64,000 nucleotides of DNA, taken from positions 418,921-482,920 of the forward strand of contig NMRA01000188.1 of the NCBI GenBank assembly GCA_002633005.1, in the 5' to 3' direction. Source of the stretch: Phoronis australis. Lineage: Eukaryota > Animalia > Phoronida. This document shows, one piece after another, positions 24,277-36,439 of this stretch (positions are counted from its first letter, which is position 1; the number at the start of each line of letters is the position of its first letter). A program made the position numbers and the translations under genes. The notes beneath the pieces are model-generated. The model was not told where the DNA came from, ran no database searches, and saw only the letters and a program-made list of their open reading frames with translations.

Positions 24277-27112
24277 TTACTTACTTTTAAACATGGTGTT
24301 ATCTGCTACCCAGCGTCGTCGTCAGCTAGGAGTCCATCTTCATCGTGGGTTTCGACCTGGACCTAGAACCATCTCTGATGGTAGGTCTCTGAAGGCTGGT
24401 CAGACCACCAGCCGACGCTGGAGTTGCCATTTGTTCTCGCGTTGTAACCACACCCACACGGTTGCTTCCTCCGCCGCTCTTATTGCAGACTTGAACATAT
24501 CAGCTCGCCCTCGTGATGAAATACCAAGTACCTTCGTCATCCGCCACATGCTGCCTGCTATAAACCCTCGATATCCAACTTCTGTGGGAAGACAGAAGCA
24601 TTTCCATCTATTCACTGCACATTCCAGCGATAGCTCTGCATACTTGAGACGTTTTCTCTCGTGAGCCTCCTGCAGTCTAGTCTCCCACGGCATTGTTAAC
24701 TCTATCAAATTCACTACCTTCTTACTGTCTGACCACAACACTATGTCTGGTCTTAACTGGGTGACTGCAATATGGCTCGGGAATGAACCTCTAGTGACCA
24801 CATCCACCACTATCTTCCAGTTGGCAGCCATGCCTAGCACACCCGAATCGCACTTCTTAGTGGATATTCCGCCTTGGATGAATGCCTTGCCAGAGTTAGT
24901 CACCTTCCATCTCTCCAGATCTAAAACATGTGCAATACACTTAAGTATCTTGTCATGGCGCCAGGTGTACTTTCCCGTAGTGAGAGCTTCTCTACAGCTG
25001 GATAGAACGTGTTCTAAGGTACACCGCTTGCCACAGCCTCTGCAGCTGTCATCCTCAGTTTTGCCCCACGTTCGAAGATTGACAGGTGTTGGGAGAGTGT
25101 CATATATGGAACCGAGGAAGAATCCCAATCTGAACTGGTCCGAAGACAGAAGATCTTTAACAGTCATCCTTCTGCTGAACACTCCTTCCCATGATGTCCA
25201 TGCACCCCGTTTCCTCAGTCCGACTGACTCAGCATATCTTCTCTAGTTCTCCTGAAATCTAACTTCGTCCAGAACCATTTTGCGCCTCTCTTTGCCTGTT
25301 GGCGACATCCACCTCTTCCCTGGAACCATTCCCAATCCCTGTCTTCCATGGCAAACGGTGCTCACGATGTCATAACACCTTAACCTGCTCTCGGCCTCCT
25401 CCACTGCCACAGCTGCCTTCCACTTTCTTCCAGAGTCTACCGATAATTCGCTCTCTCTGATCATCTTATCTCTTGAGTTCTGAAGAGTCAATAATGTTCT
25501 GCACTTTACTACCTTGAACCTCTCCACAATCGATGTCAACGGTAGAGAAACAGCACCTCCTTTGATGTATTATCCGAGTGTTGCAAAGCTTGGTGGGACA
25601 CCTAACCACTTCCTTAACCATCTGCTCACCATCCTCTCCATTTTTACATTGTCAGTGGGCACATTACTTTAGCGAAAAGTCCAAACTTGTAATACCAGAC
25701 ATTAAATCTGCCCGGGATATCGTTCTTCTCAATCTTGATCAAATTGACATTGAGCTCCTTTACGGCTGCCTTGACATGCTCCACATCTTTCAAAGACCCA
25801 CTGTAGGAATTGCCTAAGAATTTAACTGATCTACTGCTCACAGACGGAATGGCCTCCGATCCTATCTCGACCATATGGTTTGGGTTGACCTTCCCCTTCA
25901 CAATCACCAGGCTTCTGGACTTCTCCACCATGAAACTCATGCGTGCCCAATTAGCTAGTTTGTCAAGTGTCTTGGCCAGCCGTGCGGCACCTAGAGCATG
26001 CCCTGTTGTAATCGGCAAATCGTCCACAAATGTTCTGCAAGGTGGCAACCTTTGCACTGCAACAAAGTTCCTCTACACTCTTTACTAGCCCGCTTGGTGA
26101 TTATATTCATGGCCATCATGAAAAGAATGATCGATATAGTACACCCTGCGGCTGCCAACAGATGGTAAAGTCGTTGACTGTGAACCTCATATAAGTCCCA
26201 TGGAAATAGCTTGTAATGAGATTTTGAAGTTCTCTATGAATATGGTAGGTCTCCATTGCCAAATCGATTAGTGCATGAGGCATCGATCCATAGGCATTTG
26301 CCATGTCCAACCATACCACTGCCAAATCTGTCTTGTTCCGCTTAGCATCTTTAATTAGTTCTGTTATGGCGCTATTATGCTCCCGACACCCTGCATATCC
26401 TGGAATTCCACCCTTCTGTGACGATGCATCTACAAACTTGTTGCTCAGTAGATAACTCGTCAGCCTGCTTGAAATTACTGCAAAGAAGATCTTTACCTCT
26501 ACATCTAAAAGTGAGATGGGACGAAAATCACTGATCCTTATGGCTTCCTTCAACTTCGGGATATACACCCCTCTGCTTTTCCCCAAGTATCAGGCAAAGT
26601 CTTCTGTTTCCACATAACTTTCAGAAGCTTCCACAGACGTTTTAACAGCCTTGGGCACTTCTTGTAGACTTTGTAAGGCAGACCCGATGGCCCTGGGACT
26701 GACCCCGATCTTGACTTTGCTACGACATTCTTCACCTCTGAAAACTTGATGTCGCCCTTTTCCAAGACTATGCTTGGTGCATTCTCAAGCTCCATTCCAT
26801 CAAAATCCGCCAACTGTACATCTCTGGCCCCATCACTATGCACGTCGTTCCGATGGTTTTCCAGCTCCTCCTGTGTACACTTCAGACGTCCTCTAGTCTT
26901 CTTCCCTAGAATACCCTTTACAAATCTGAAAGGGTTAGCCACGAACCTCTCTCTTGTGCGGGTACGCTTGGCTCTCTTCATGCTCAGTCATTCAGATGTG
27001 CTTAGTCTCAAAAGCATAGACCTTAACTCAAACCGAAGCTGCACCAAACCTTTTTCCTGTTGGACAGCCTTCCTCCACAACCGCAATTCCTGCCTGATTT
27101 TGGAAATCTAAA
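24277..27112 (-). mobile_element. Non-LTR retrotransposon with restriction-like endonuclease (HERO-like), 5'-truncated and frameshifted
   Basis: RT motifs FRPISLL, QKGG..G..GC.EH, WLDMANAYGS and FVDDL; zinc knuckle CRGCGKRCTLEHVLSSC; YTWRHD; RLE RPDIVLWS..IELTMPWE..ERK..KY; EVGYRGF. Stop at 24400, then a short 3' UTR with an AAGT-repeat tail. Confidence 0.88.
24310..24381 (-). ncRNA. Candidate non-circularly permuted hammerhead ribozyme in the LINE 3' UTR
   Basis: Minus strand GG-U-U-CUAGG-u-CCAG-GUC-GAAA-CC...CCUAG-CUGACGA-C-GAC-g-CUGG. Stem I CUAGG/CCUAG, stem II GAC.CUGG/CCAG.GUC, stem III ACC/GGU. All core nucleotides are present. Confidence 0.6.
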
Positions 27113-29282
27113 GATATGCGTGACTTTTCACCGCTCGTCCTTCGGAGCGGCTTTTACCGGGATCAAAGAGAGCGCGACGCAAGAGTCGGATTCAGTTGCG
27201 ATGACCGCATTGTCCGGTGTTAGCAAGACCCAATTAAGTGTAATTACTCGGTCACAAAATGTAGTAAACACCTCTGCCTGTACATACTGGCGAATTTTCA
27301 AAATGCATTAACCATCAGTTTTCGTTAAAAACAAATACAACAGGTATATTCAGATGGAAAAAACAACCAAGTTTGGTTTCCGATTTTTAAAAATCGATGA
27401 AATATTAAGCTAAAAACTACAAACATTGGGTTCGATTGAAGATAAACGGCTGTGCGTATTGATGTACTCGGAGATTTACAAACGCTGATTCTTTTAATAT
27501 ACAACTAAGCTACATTGAAACATCTACGAACAACACACAGTGACTAAATTAGATATCGATAATTTTTAAAACATCGCTTATGGCTTAGTGCATGCCGAAC
27601 TACTTTACTCCAGGAGTAGTACACTAAACGGAAAACTGCTATTCGCGGAAATGCTCCAATTTCGATAGTTAGCTTGTAGTTGTAATGGAACACCTGTGAA
27701 GACTACTAAGATGGCTAGCTTTGTTGTCAACGAAACAGTGCAAGCAGTGGATGAGGTTGATCGGTAGGCAAGAGCTGTGAGTTCGTTATGACTGAGGAAA
27801 AGCTGGAATAGTCGTGTAGTTACTGCAACCAAAATTGTCCAGAGGTTCCATATCGCCATATTTGCACATCTGTATATATTTCATGATCTGAGTTCCAATA
27901 AAGATTGAACTTGAATTAATGACACGTGGAGTTTTTTTTTTTTTTTGCTGTGACGTGTTTGGTGTAGCTGGTATCTGGAAAATTCAGGGACTGGTTCACA
28001 ATTAACTGACTTCTAAGTTGTTTTGATGCTTCGGTTAAACACAAAATAAAAAGATACCAAGCCTAGCCAGTAAGAAAAAAAAACAAGTATACAGGAGTAT
28101 TAAAATAAAGTAATGAAAAGAGGTATGAAACATATTTAAAACCAACGTTCCTTTGGGAAGTCGCCCTTAGTCAAGATCAACGCAAATTAACGTTTTAGTC
28201 TTTTTGTAATATTTAAAATGTACCAAGTTAAAACGGCTCTCCTCCATATTGCAGGCTTTAACTCTTTGTAAATGCCAGAGAAAAACAATTTCGGTGTAAT
28301 ATCAACTACCATTGTTAAGAAAGTAGTGCTAGCTATTACCTTTCCACTTCATTAGCTCAGATCTACATCAATACAAAGGACGTGCTGAATAGGAATCGTA
28401 AAAGTTGTCTGGGGTTTAGGGACTCAGAGCGATGACCAAAAAACTAAACTTCATCCAGGAACCGGAAGACGAGCACAGAGGCCACTGAGCACCATATTGT
28501 TCCTACCACACCAATGATCGTCATGACGATAAGCGGCAGCACGTGACCAGCAAAACCAAATAACGTTATTTCAAAAAATGTTAAGAAAATGGGCGCACTG
28601 AGTTGGGCGACCGTCCCCAAATCCTAAAGCGTTATCAGTATTTGTGTTTTGGTTGGCTCAATGTCTCCGACATATATTTTATTAAAATACTTCATAAGTT
28701 TGTACAAAACAGTCAATAGTTAGTTTTATTAAGAATTGTAGTGTTGCCCATGAACCAGTAATATGTAAATTTGATAAAATACGACTTAAACAGTTACGAT
28801 ACAAGAGCACTAGTCCCATAACTACATAAAACACCAATGCCTTGACGAAAACCTGGAACACTAACATGTGCAGACTGAAAACGAGTACTGTTTTGATGGC
28901 GTTGAACTTGTAACGAGTGTCAAGACTACATGTATTTCAAACATTTTCATACAGGAGGCTACTTTTCAAGATGCATGCTGTTCGTTTGTCATCTCAAGTT
29001 GCTTCACAGTTGGAGGATGTAGAGCTGTGTCCGTCATGTGGCGCCATCTATTGTTTATCAGTGTAGTTGTATGTATGTTCTCTTTTGTTTGGAGATAAAT
29101 AAATAGATCACTCCCTGTCAACCCATGAGGAGTGTTGTGTTCATTTATTTTTATTGGCAACTATAATCCACAGAAATCCGAACATTATGGTCTCATCGTC
29201 AACAGAGGACGTCATCACATCCACACCTTTGTCGCTTTCTTCAACTTAGTGAAAAGCGTTAGACCATTTTCCTTTCTCGCAG

Positions 29283-29660
29283 TGTTGCATGTGTCCACCC
29301 ATGACGGGCTCGAACTTCCGATGATGTGCAGCTTTTACCAACCAAACAGCGAGACGACGAAAAATCAGAACGTTCGGAGCTGTGAATTGTGCGTTATGTC
29401 TTTTTAGCATTTTAGTGTACTTTTCGTCTCGTTATCTCGGATGTTTTGTTTCTCTGAGGCGTACCCTTTTGCCCGCTTCGCTAAATGGGGCTTACCCCTC
29501 ACCCCCTGGGCGCGCGCATGTGTTGTATTGTACTGTGTTGTTGTATTACAATTTCATGCTTACCCCCTACCCCCCTGCTGAATACTACTCTCTGGTTTGC
29601 AAACGCGACCAGTCTATCAATAACTTTTGCACTTGCGACATGGTGTGACCCGGTCCGACG
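29283..29660 (+). mobile_element. Possible LTR followed by a primer-binding-site-like TGG
   Basis: TGTTGCAT...TTGCGACA imperfect inverted ends, AATAAC near 29619, and TGGTGTGACCC immediately after 29640. No TSD seen. Confidence 0.4.
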
Positions 29661-30165
29661 GGACTCGATTAAACTGCCCGAGGGATAAAACTGAACTGAG
29701 TTGAGTAGTCTCAAACATGCAATATTAAATCAGAGTTTAAATTACTGATTTTCATTTAGCAAGAATCTCTCCTTCATTACTAACATTAGGCATTTTCAGC
29801 GCATAATTTGTAGTGTCAAATATGTATGGGAGTTGTTTGAGACTAGACACCGACAGGTTTTCCTTTTAGAGAGTATAAGCCGCGGACGACACGAGTTTGT
29901 GGGCTGTTTTAAAATCAAAATATGCACACATCGTGCTTTGTCAGCTAGCTATATGTCGTGAGTGTAAAACAGTATTGGGAGACTGGGACGGGTTTGCGTC
30001 TAGTGCGTGTATTCGATTGCAGCAAAACGTCGAGAAAGTCCACATATGCCTTGAAATGTCACGTTAAGACGACGGCACACCATGCGGTTAGAGTGGGGAG
30101 ATACGTGTAATTAACCAGACCGGTATGGACGGTTCACTTCGCATCAGGAGTGGGTGTTGAAGGAT

Positions 30166-30522
30166 TTAATGTGCTTTGAAAAGGTTTCGGATATCTAGCC
30201 ATTCCCGACCGTAAAACACTCCACCAACAACGAGACATAATACTGAGAGCAAAATCGCTATTTGCACAAACGTGTTCTCGCCATTTGCAGTCTTTCTCAA
30301 TCTCCGTGTTTCTAGTCCAGAGAAAGTGTTACGATACGCTTCGATTGTGGCCTGGCGAGCACCGAACCAATTATGAGGGCCCGTTAACCTGTAATGCACG
30401 GGAAAGGCAGGACCGCAGAAACACAGAAAGGCCAACGCGGGGTCACGAAACAGCAGTGACATGAAACGAGGTTTGGCACCGATGATGTCAGCGATCTGGT
30501 CACGGTAAGTCAAATTATCCAC
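30166..30522 (-). CDS. FMO: Flavin-containing monooxygenase, coding exon 6 (last)
   Basis: Acceptor TTTCAG at 30523. VDNLTYRDQIA..IGAKP..GPAFPVHYRLTGPHNWFGAR plus a C-terminal hydrophobic anchor, as in microsomal FMOs. Stop at 30166. Confidence 0.9.
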   Translation of the reverse strand: MDNLTYRDQIADIIGAKPRFMSLLFRDPALAFLCFCGPAFPVHYRLTGPHNWFGARQATIEAYRNTFSGLETRRLRKTANGENTFVQIAILLSVLCLVVGGVFYGREWLDIRNLFKAH

Positions 30523-30685
30523 CTGAAACGAAGAGGCACAACTCCATAACCAGATGCTTGAGCTTCAACAATGACAATAACATTGCATAAACCACTTTTC
30601 TAGTGAAATCTAGTAAAATATTGTACCCAGTTCACTGGCGGATCTTGGACATCGTAAGAGGAGGGGGGGGGGGGGGGGCAAAAAN

Positions 30686-31285
30686 GCTGAGCGTTGAAAT
30701 GCGCCCACGAATGCATCGCAAACGGTGTGTTTCCAGAATTGTTCATTGGTATCATAAAAATGGCCACAAGATGACACAAAACGTCCAATCCATCTGCAAA
30801 CGGAACATGCCATCGTTTCCTTAATAGAAAGCTATTTACCAAATTTCATAAAAATCTGTCAAGGAGCTTCAGAGAAACAAAGGACAGCAGAAAAAATGAC
30901 ATTTCAACTAGGGGGCACAGCGTCCGCCTCAAAGTCGTCGTCTATTGTTAGCTTCACATAAATTCCTAGAATCCATCTGAAAATGGGAGGATAGCGTCAT
31001 CTCACCAGTAGATGATTACATTCCAAATTTTATAAAAGTACGTTGAAGACCTTTGAAGATACAGAGGTAAACGTAAAAAATTAAAGTTGCCACTAGGGGG
31101 CGCATCAGTAGTCGGAGAGGTACGAAATTCGTCGTCATCCGTCGTCAGCTTCATAGAAACACAATTGCCAAATCTCCTCGAGATCCTGTGAGGGGTTTAG
31201 GAGATACAGCTGCGGACGACGGACGCTCAGACGGACAGAGATGACGGCAACATGCGACCACATTAATATGTGGCCGCATAAAAAA
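30686..31285 (-). mobile_element. Helentron-type non-autonomous element (same family as 2532-9600) in FMO intron 5
   Basis: Reverse complement of the same 3' end (TGAAATGCGCCCACGAATG) and of the 5' hairpin ATGCGACCACAT/ATGTGGCCGCAT with GACG/GACA microsatellite. Confidence 0.75.
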
Positions 31286-31995
31286 GCGGTAACCAAAAAC
31301 GTCAAGACATTTCATTTTGGTTGTATGCAGGGTAGTGGCCCTAGGCCGCCTTAGCAATTTGTAATATATAGCGAGATCGCATAAAGCTTTATTTACTTGA
31401 ATCGCCAAACTCGTCACATGAGATAAAGTGAAGACCTTTTGGAATGATTGGACGCCACGAAGAGATGTAGTAGTTCTAAAAGGACGTGATCGGTTTTACG
31501 GCTGAAGAACTCATTTGTTCTTGAAGTTACTAGCTTTGACCAGAGCATTACCCAATGTGTTTTAGTAACTTGGTTACAAGTCACCAATTCTCGCCGTAGA
31601 GTGTCCGATACTTATCATAATCAAGGTCGGTATATTTACCAGCTAAATACACTGCAATCTGTCGAGCGGAATTCAGCTCCGTCAACAGAGCGCTAGACTG
31701 CAACGGTGGGGTTAGCAGTTACGAATCCGGTTAGATCGGAGTATGGTCTCAGATTGACTTTTCTTGCACGTAGTGTCCCTTTAATGACATACATATACAG
31801 GTCGAGTGCGTATGTTTACCAACAATTTTGTTTCCCAGCTTTTGCGTTCCATTTTCATTTGGCTAACGATTGTAACCTAACAGCAAGTGAACTAGAATAC
31901 AAATGCGATCTTAGTAAATCAGTATGGTATATATAGTGACCCTTACGCCAAATACCAAGGTGGTTACAAATAAGAACTAAAACTATGTGACTCAC

Positions 31996-32249
31996 CCTGA
32001 ACTTCTCACCACACTCCTTTCTCATTTGTTCTTTTGCTTTTTTGACGTCATCAGTCATTTGCTTTTGAGCAGGTAGCCCCATCTTACCACTGAACACTTG
32101 AGCTATCCATCGACATTGTACTTCAATAACGGACGTTAGAGGTCCGTTACTGGATACAATTCCGACAACGGCCAGTGTGTTGTGTTTCGAACGCAGTGGC
32201 CAGATGTATTTGTACAAGTTCAGCTCTTGTTGGCGTGTTGTTGGCACAT
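31996..32249 (-). CDS. FMO: Flavin-containing monooxygenase, coding exon 5
   Basis: Acceptor TTGCAG at 32250 and donor GTGAGT at 31995. LNLYKYIWP..TLAVVGIV..GP....EVQCRW. Phases fit both neighbouring exons. Confidence 0.9.
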
Positions 32250-32453
32250 CTGCAAAACATGGATAGAATCCTAAAATCTACGACAGAATTCAGTTTCTCT
32301 TTCTCAATCCATCCCTACACTAATCACTAACCATCCCCGCCACACCACCTATGGCATTCACTATGGTTTAAAGAATTTTTGCCGGTTTGAGGCCACGCTT
32401 AAATGGAATGGGCAACTCGGATTTCACCAGAAAGTTTAGTTCGTTGATGGTTT

Positions 32454-32703
32454 GGGGCCCGTTCCAACAAAAGCGACTTAGCTAAGACAAATCTTAAATT
32501 TTAGTCAATTTTAAAATAAAAGTTAGATTTATCTCAAAACCAATTCAAGAAAGAGATCCTAAGTTTGTCTTAAATGTATGACCTACATTTTGTCTTAATT
32601 TTGGCTAACTTTCCAAATGTGGAAGTTTCAAAGTTTGGAAGCTAAGACAAATCTTAGACTTAAGTCAAAAATGAACTTAAGTCAGTTTCGTGGAACAGGA
32701 CCC
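32454..32703. mobile_element. Harbinger-like MITE in FMO intron 4
   Basis: Imperfect TIRs GGGGCCCGTTCCA / TGGAACAGGACCC and internal GCTAAGACAAATCTTA repeats. Confidence 0.55.
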
Positions 32704-32882
32704 AGTTCTTCCCGCGACCAAGCATGATTTTTAAACTGAGTAATGAACAAAGAGAGACCAATTTTATAACGGCAAGGGACCTACATCAAAGCATGTTTTG
32801 TGACAGAAAACAAGTCGGTTTAATATCGCTTGAAGATAAACTGTTCAGAATGATATCTTAGACAGTACATTTCAATATTTAC

Positions 32883-33273
32883 CTGAAACAACACCGTCCG
32901 CGATCAGGTCAAAGTTGACGCCGTAACCTGTAGCATAAATCACTGCATCCAGCTCCTCGACTCTCGTTCCATCATCAAAAAGGGCGCCATCTTCCGTGAG
33001 TTGTACAGCATACGATTTCGGCAGAACTTTGCCACAAGCTATTCTCCATACTAATTCGTCATTTACGCAGATGGCAGCTTTGAATATGTTCTCCTCATCA
33101 GACTTCAACCTGTAGAGCTCATGGTCCAAAGACTTGTAAGCTTTCTTCTTGGCGATGTATCCAAATAGCCACGAGAAAGGCTTGAGAATTCGCCTCACCA
33201 TTAGATCGATGGGGATGCCTTTGTCGGCAATTCTTTTCAGCAAGTAGAGGCCGCTGCCAACGCTCAAAAAGAC
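32883..33273 (-). CDS. FMO: Flavin-containing monooxygenase, coding exon 4
   Basis: Acceptor GTGTAG at 33274 and donor GTAAAT at 32882. VFLS..., VNDEL..RIACG, FDDGT..ELDAVIYATGY (FATGY motif). Confidence 0.9.
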
Positions 33274-33603
33274 CTACACAAGCCAGACATATATATTACG
33301 AATCTTTGAACCTGTAACGTAAATTTCCGATCAATTGCACAGAAAAGCTCAGATTGTGTCAGCATATAATATCACCTTTCAGAAGTGTAAAGGAATTCAA
33401 GTAGACTCCACCGAAGGAGCACGGGGTAAGTCAGTAAATGTCCAAACACACAGACATGGAACTTGCCTAAAGTGAAATGGGTAAACTAACCATATGTTTA
33501 GCTTTTATGCGTGTTAAAACGGTATTAAACCCTGTTTTGGGGATTTCAACCAACCCACTTTTTGTCACTTGCTAATGCGCCATTGGTGTCTCACTTGAGT
33601 GGC

Positions 33604-35028
33604 AAGAGTAACACGGAGTGTTGAAATGCGCCCACTGCTGCATCGGAAATGGTGTGCTTCTAGTGGTGTATATTTGTATCATTATATGGCGCAGAATACA
33701 CTGAACCCATCCAAAATTGGGAAGGCATCGTCGACAAAAAAGAGACAAAGAATACTCAAAATGGCCGCTAGTTAGTCGAATATATCACAAAAAGGAAAGG
33801 TGTTTGTTTCCCAAATTCCAAGAAAAAGCATCAAGGAACTCTTTAAGTTGCAGATGCAAACGCAAAAAATAAAATCGCTACTAGGGAGCACAGCTGTAAT
33901 TGGATTGGTCTGAAACTCGTCATCATTTAAACCTATCGTCATAGGAACTCATTCTCTAAATTTTAGAAAGATGTTGCACAGGGTAAAGAAGATACAGACG
34001 GGAACGCAAAAAGCTGCCACTACGGGTTGCCCGAATAATTGAACACGTAAGTCCGAAAATCAACGTCAGCCTCGGTCTTCTCGTCAGGAACACATTTCCA
34101 AATTTTAATTATCCTTCAAGCGGTGTGGCGGAAGGAGCGGGTGGTGTCAAAACGAACTCAAAATTTTTAAAATGGCACACGGGTGGCGGAGAATACATCA
34201 AATCCGCCCGAAAATGAGAAGGCGTCGTTATCTCCTTAATAGAAACCTTTTTTCAGTAATTCATGATAATAAAAATAGCCGCTATACCCCTGATCTATCC
34301 GAAAACGGGAACCTTTTGACTCTTTATTAAGAACAGGTTTATTGAATTTTATAAAAATCTGCCAAGGAGTTTCAAAGATACAGCGGAAAGCAAAAAGAAA
34401 ATAAAGTTGCCTCTAGAGAGGCACAGCAGTAGTTCGATCCGACCTACTGTCGTTGTCCGTTGTCAACTTCATATACACCCGCCAAATTAAATAAAGACGC
34501 TGCAGAAGGTTTGGGAGATACAGCCATAGACCCCAAAAAACAGCCACTAGGAGGTGCCACCGCTATCCGAGTCCTCCAAAATCATCATCAGCCGTCCTCT
34601 TCAAGGTAGAAACATAATTAATGCCAATTTTCAAAATCATTCTTAGAGCGGTTCGGTTGATAGAGGTGCGGACGCAAAAAAAAAGACTCGAAAAGAATCA
34701 AAATGGCCGCTAGGTGGCGCAAAGTACCGCGAATCCATCCGAACTCGAGAGGGTAGCGTCTCCTCACTGATAGATACCTATTTACCAAATTTTATAAAAA
34801 TACGTTGAGGACCTTTGAAGATACACAGAAGATACAGGTCAAATTAAAAAAAATCCCTAGGGGGTACACAGGTAGTTGGATCTGTTCCAAAGTTCGCTCA
34901 TGCCCTCCGATACATGAAAGCAACACGTGAAGAATTACATAAACATACATCAAAGGGGTTTCGAGATAGAGACGAAGGACGCCGGTCAGACGAACGGTCG
35001 GAGATGACGACATAGTGCGACCACATAG
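33604..35028 (-). mobile_element. Helentron-type non-autonomous element (same family) in FMO intron 3
   Basis: Same 3' hairpin/subTIR (TGTTGAAATGCGCCCAC), ~150 bp internal subunits, and 5' GACG microsatellite with TGCGACCACAT. Confidence 0.75.
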
Positions 35029-35564
35029 AATAGAAGCTGGTTTTAAATAAAAAGTATACTTTCTCTGTCACAGATAGGATATTGGTTCTTGGTGGGTGTC
35101 GCCTAACTCGCCGAAAGTGTAAGTCATGCTTGCCCGTTTAACAGAGCTTACAAATTTTGCTTGAATCATTTTAGGATTGTCGAGGGTAAGAGACCATTAC
35201 TTTCTTTCATGAGTGGTGCAGCACTGAAAAAAGTGGGGAGCTAAAGCCCCAGCCCCCACGTGGTTCACCGCCTATAGACCATGTGCGGCGTAGTACTCAA
35301 AAGAGCGGGGGGCTATAGCCCCTCCCCCAGCTCCCTATGGTGCACCGCCGCCATAATGGTACCCTTTTAAACCGCGTGAATGTTTTAGTACGCAAATACA
35401 AGAAGATGTACATGTACATGTATGTGTATGTTTGCGTTTGCATAGATTGTGTAATTCCCAATATCGTGGGTCACACGATTGACTGTTGACATAGATTTGC
35501 ATCCACACCAACTTTAACTAATGAAATGAAATGAAATGAATTGCAAATATTATCGTAACTTTAC

Positions 35565-35620
35565 CGTCTTAGCATGGTGACTGATATCCACGGCTACGTC
35601 TCCTGCTGAATTAGAATTGC
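35565..35620 (-). CDS. FMO: Flavin-containing monooxygenase, coding exon 3 (56 nt, NADPH-binding motif; absent from the ORF track)
   Basis: Acceptor TTACAG at 35621 and donor GTAAAG at 35564. Encodes (G)NSNSAGDVAVDISHHAKT; phases 1 and 0 join exons 2 and 4 in frame. Confidence 0.85.
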
Positions 35621-36439
35621 CTGTAAACAGATAGGAGATGAAAGTTTTCGTGGAAAATACCAGTAAAACAGTTGGCGCCTTGTACAGTACCGTGTTGAAA
35701 TGCCGAAACTGCTCTTATCAGACAACACTGGCTGCGGGTTCGTGGAACAGTCAAGTTAGGGACTCGGCTATGCTCCCAAAAATTTCTGCATATTGTAGAA
35801 TTTGCCCTACTCTTATATTTTTCGAACACTTTATCTTGGTTGTGAGCTCTTCTTCTTCTATCTTAACATTTTCCAATAATGTATTTGAAAATTTATTTCA
35901 ACGAAAATCCATTGTGACTAAGTTCTTGCATCATTGGTAATGCATGAAAATGTCAAAATTTATAATACGAATTCAGCGTATAGTTTACTCTTGGCATGTA
36001 CCTAAAACATGACTTCAGGAAGCAATGACAAAATGTCAGAAAATAGGACAATAAGTGTTAGCACAGCCCACAAATGCTTTGAAAATTCATGGAAAATAGC
36101 CGGCTTAGACTCTGGGATTGTTTCATGCAACCGGCCACAACGGGTTTTTTTTAAGCTTAATGAAACCAATCGTTAAAACGTTGCTTTGTAAATTAGTGGA
36201 AGGCTTTCTAATATTTTTGGTCTTTAGCTTAAGATCCAATGGCTACATGGAACACGTCCCAATTTGTCATTGTCAGCGACAAATATTACTTTTTAGAGAC
36301 ACGGTCGCGAACAACCGCCGATTTTAGTTTCCCAATAGTAACGTTGGCGTACTGGGCGGTCTCTCGCAGATTTCCTTGTGTGGGCCTTTTTTCTCGCAGG
36401 ATGATGGAAATTCTTGTTGCACACAACTAAGGGCCTTAC

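Noticed and set aside
24743-27111. Plus-strand ORFs of 79-167 aa
   Set aside because: Antisense shadows of the HERO-like ORF with no independent motifs.
27670-27950. Possible solo LTR (AATAAAG near 27897)
   Set aside because: Could not define TG...CA ends or a TSD.
28590-28800. Similarity to 46590-46790 as part of the segmental duplication
   Set aside because: Short, not colinear with the GPCR blocks, and more likely a dispersed repeat.
30660-30690. Poly-G run with an N
   Set aside because: Low-quality homopolymer at a MITE/Helentron junction in an intron; it does not affect the FMO exons.
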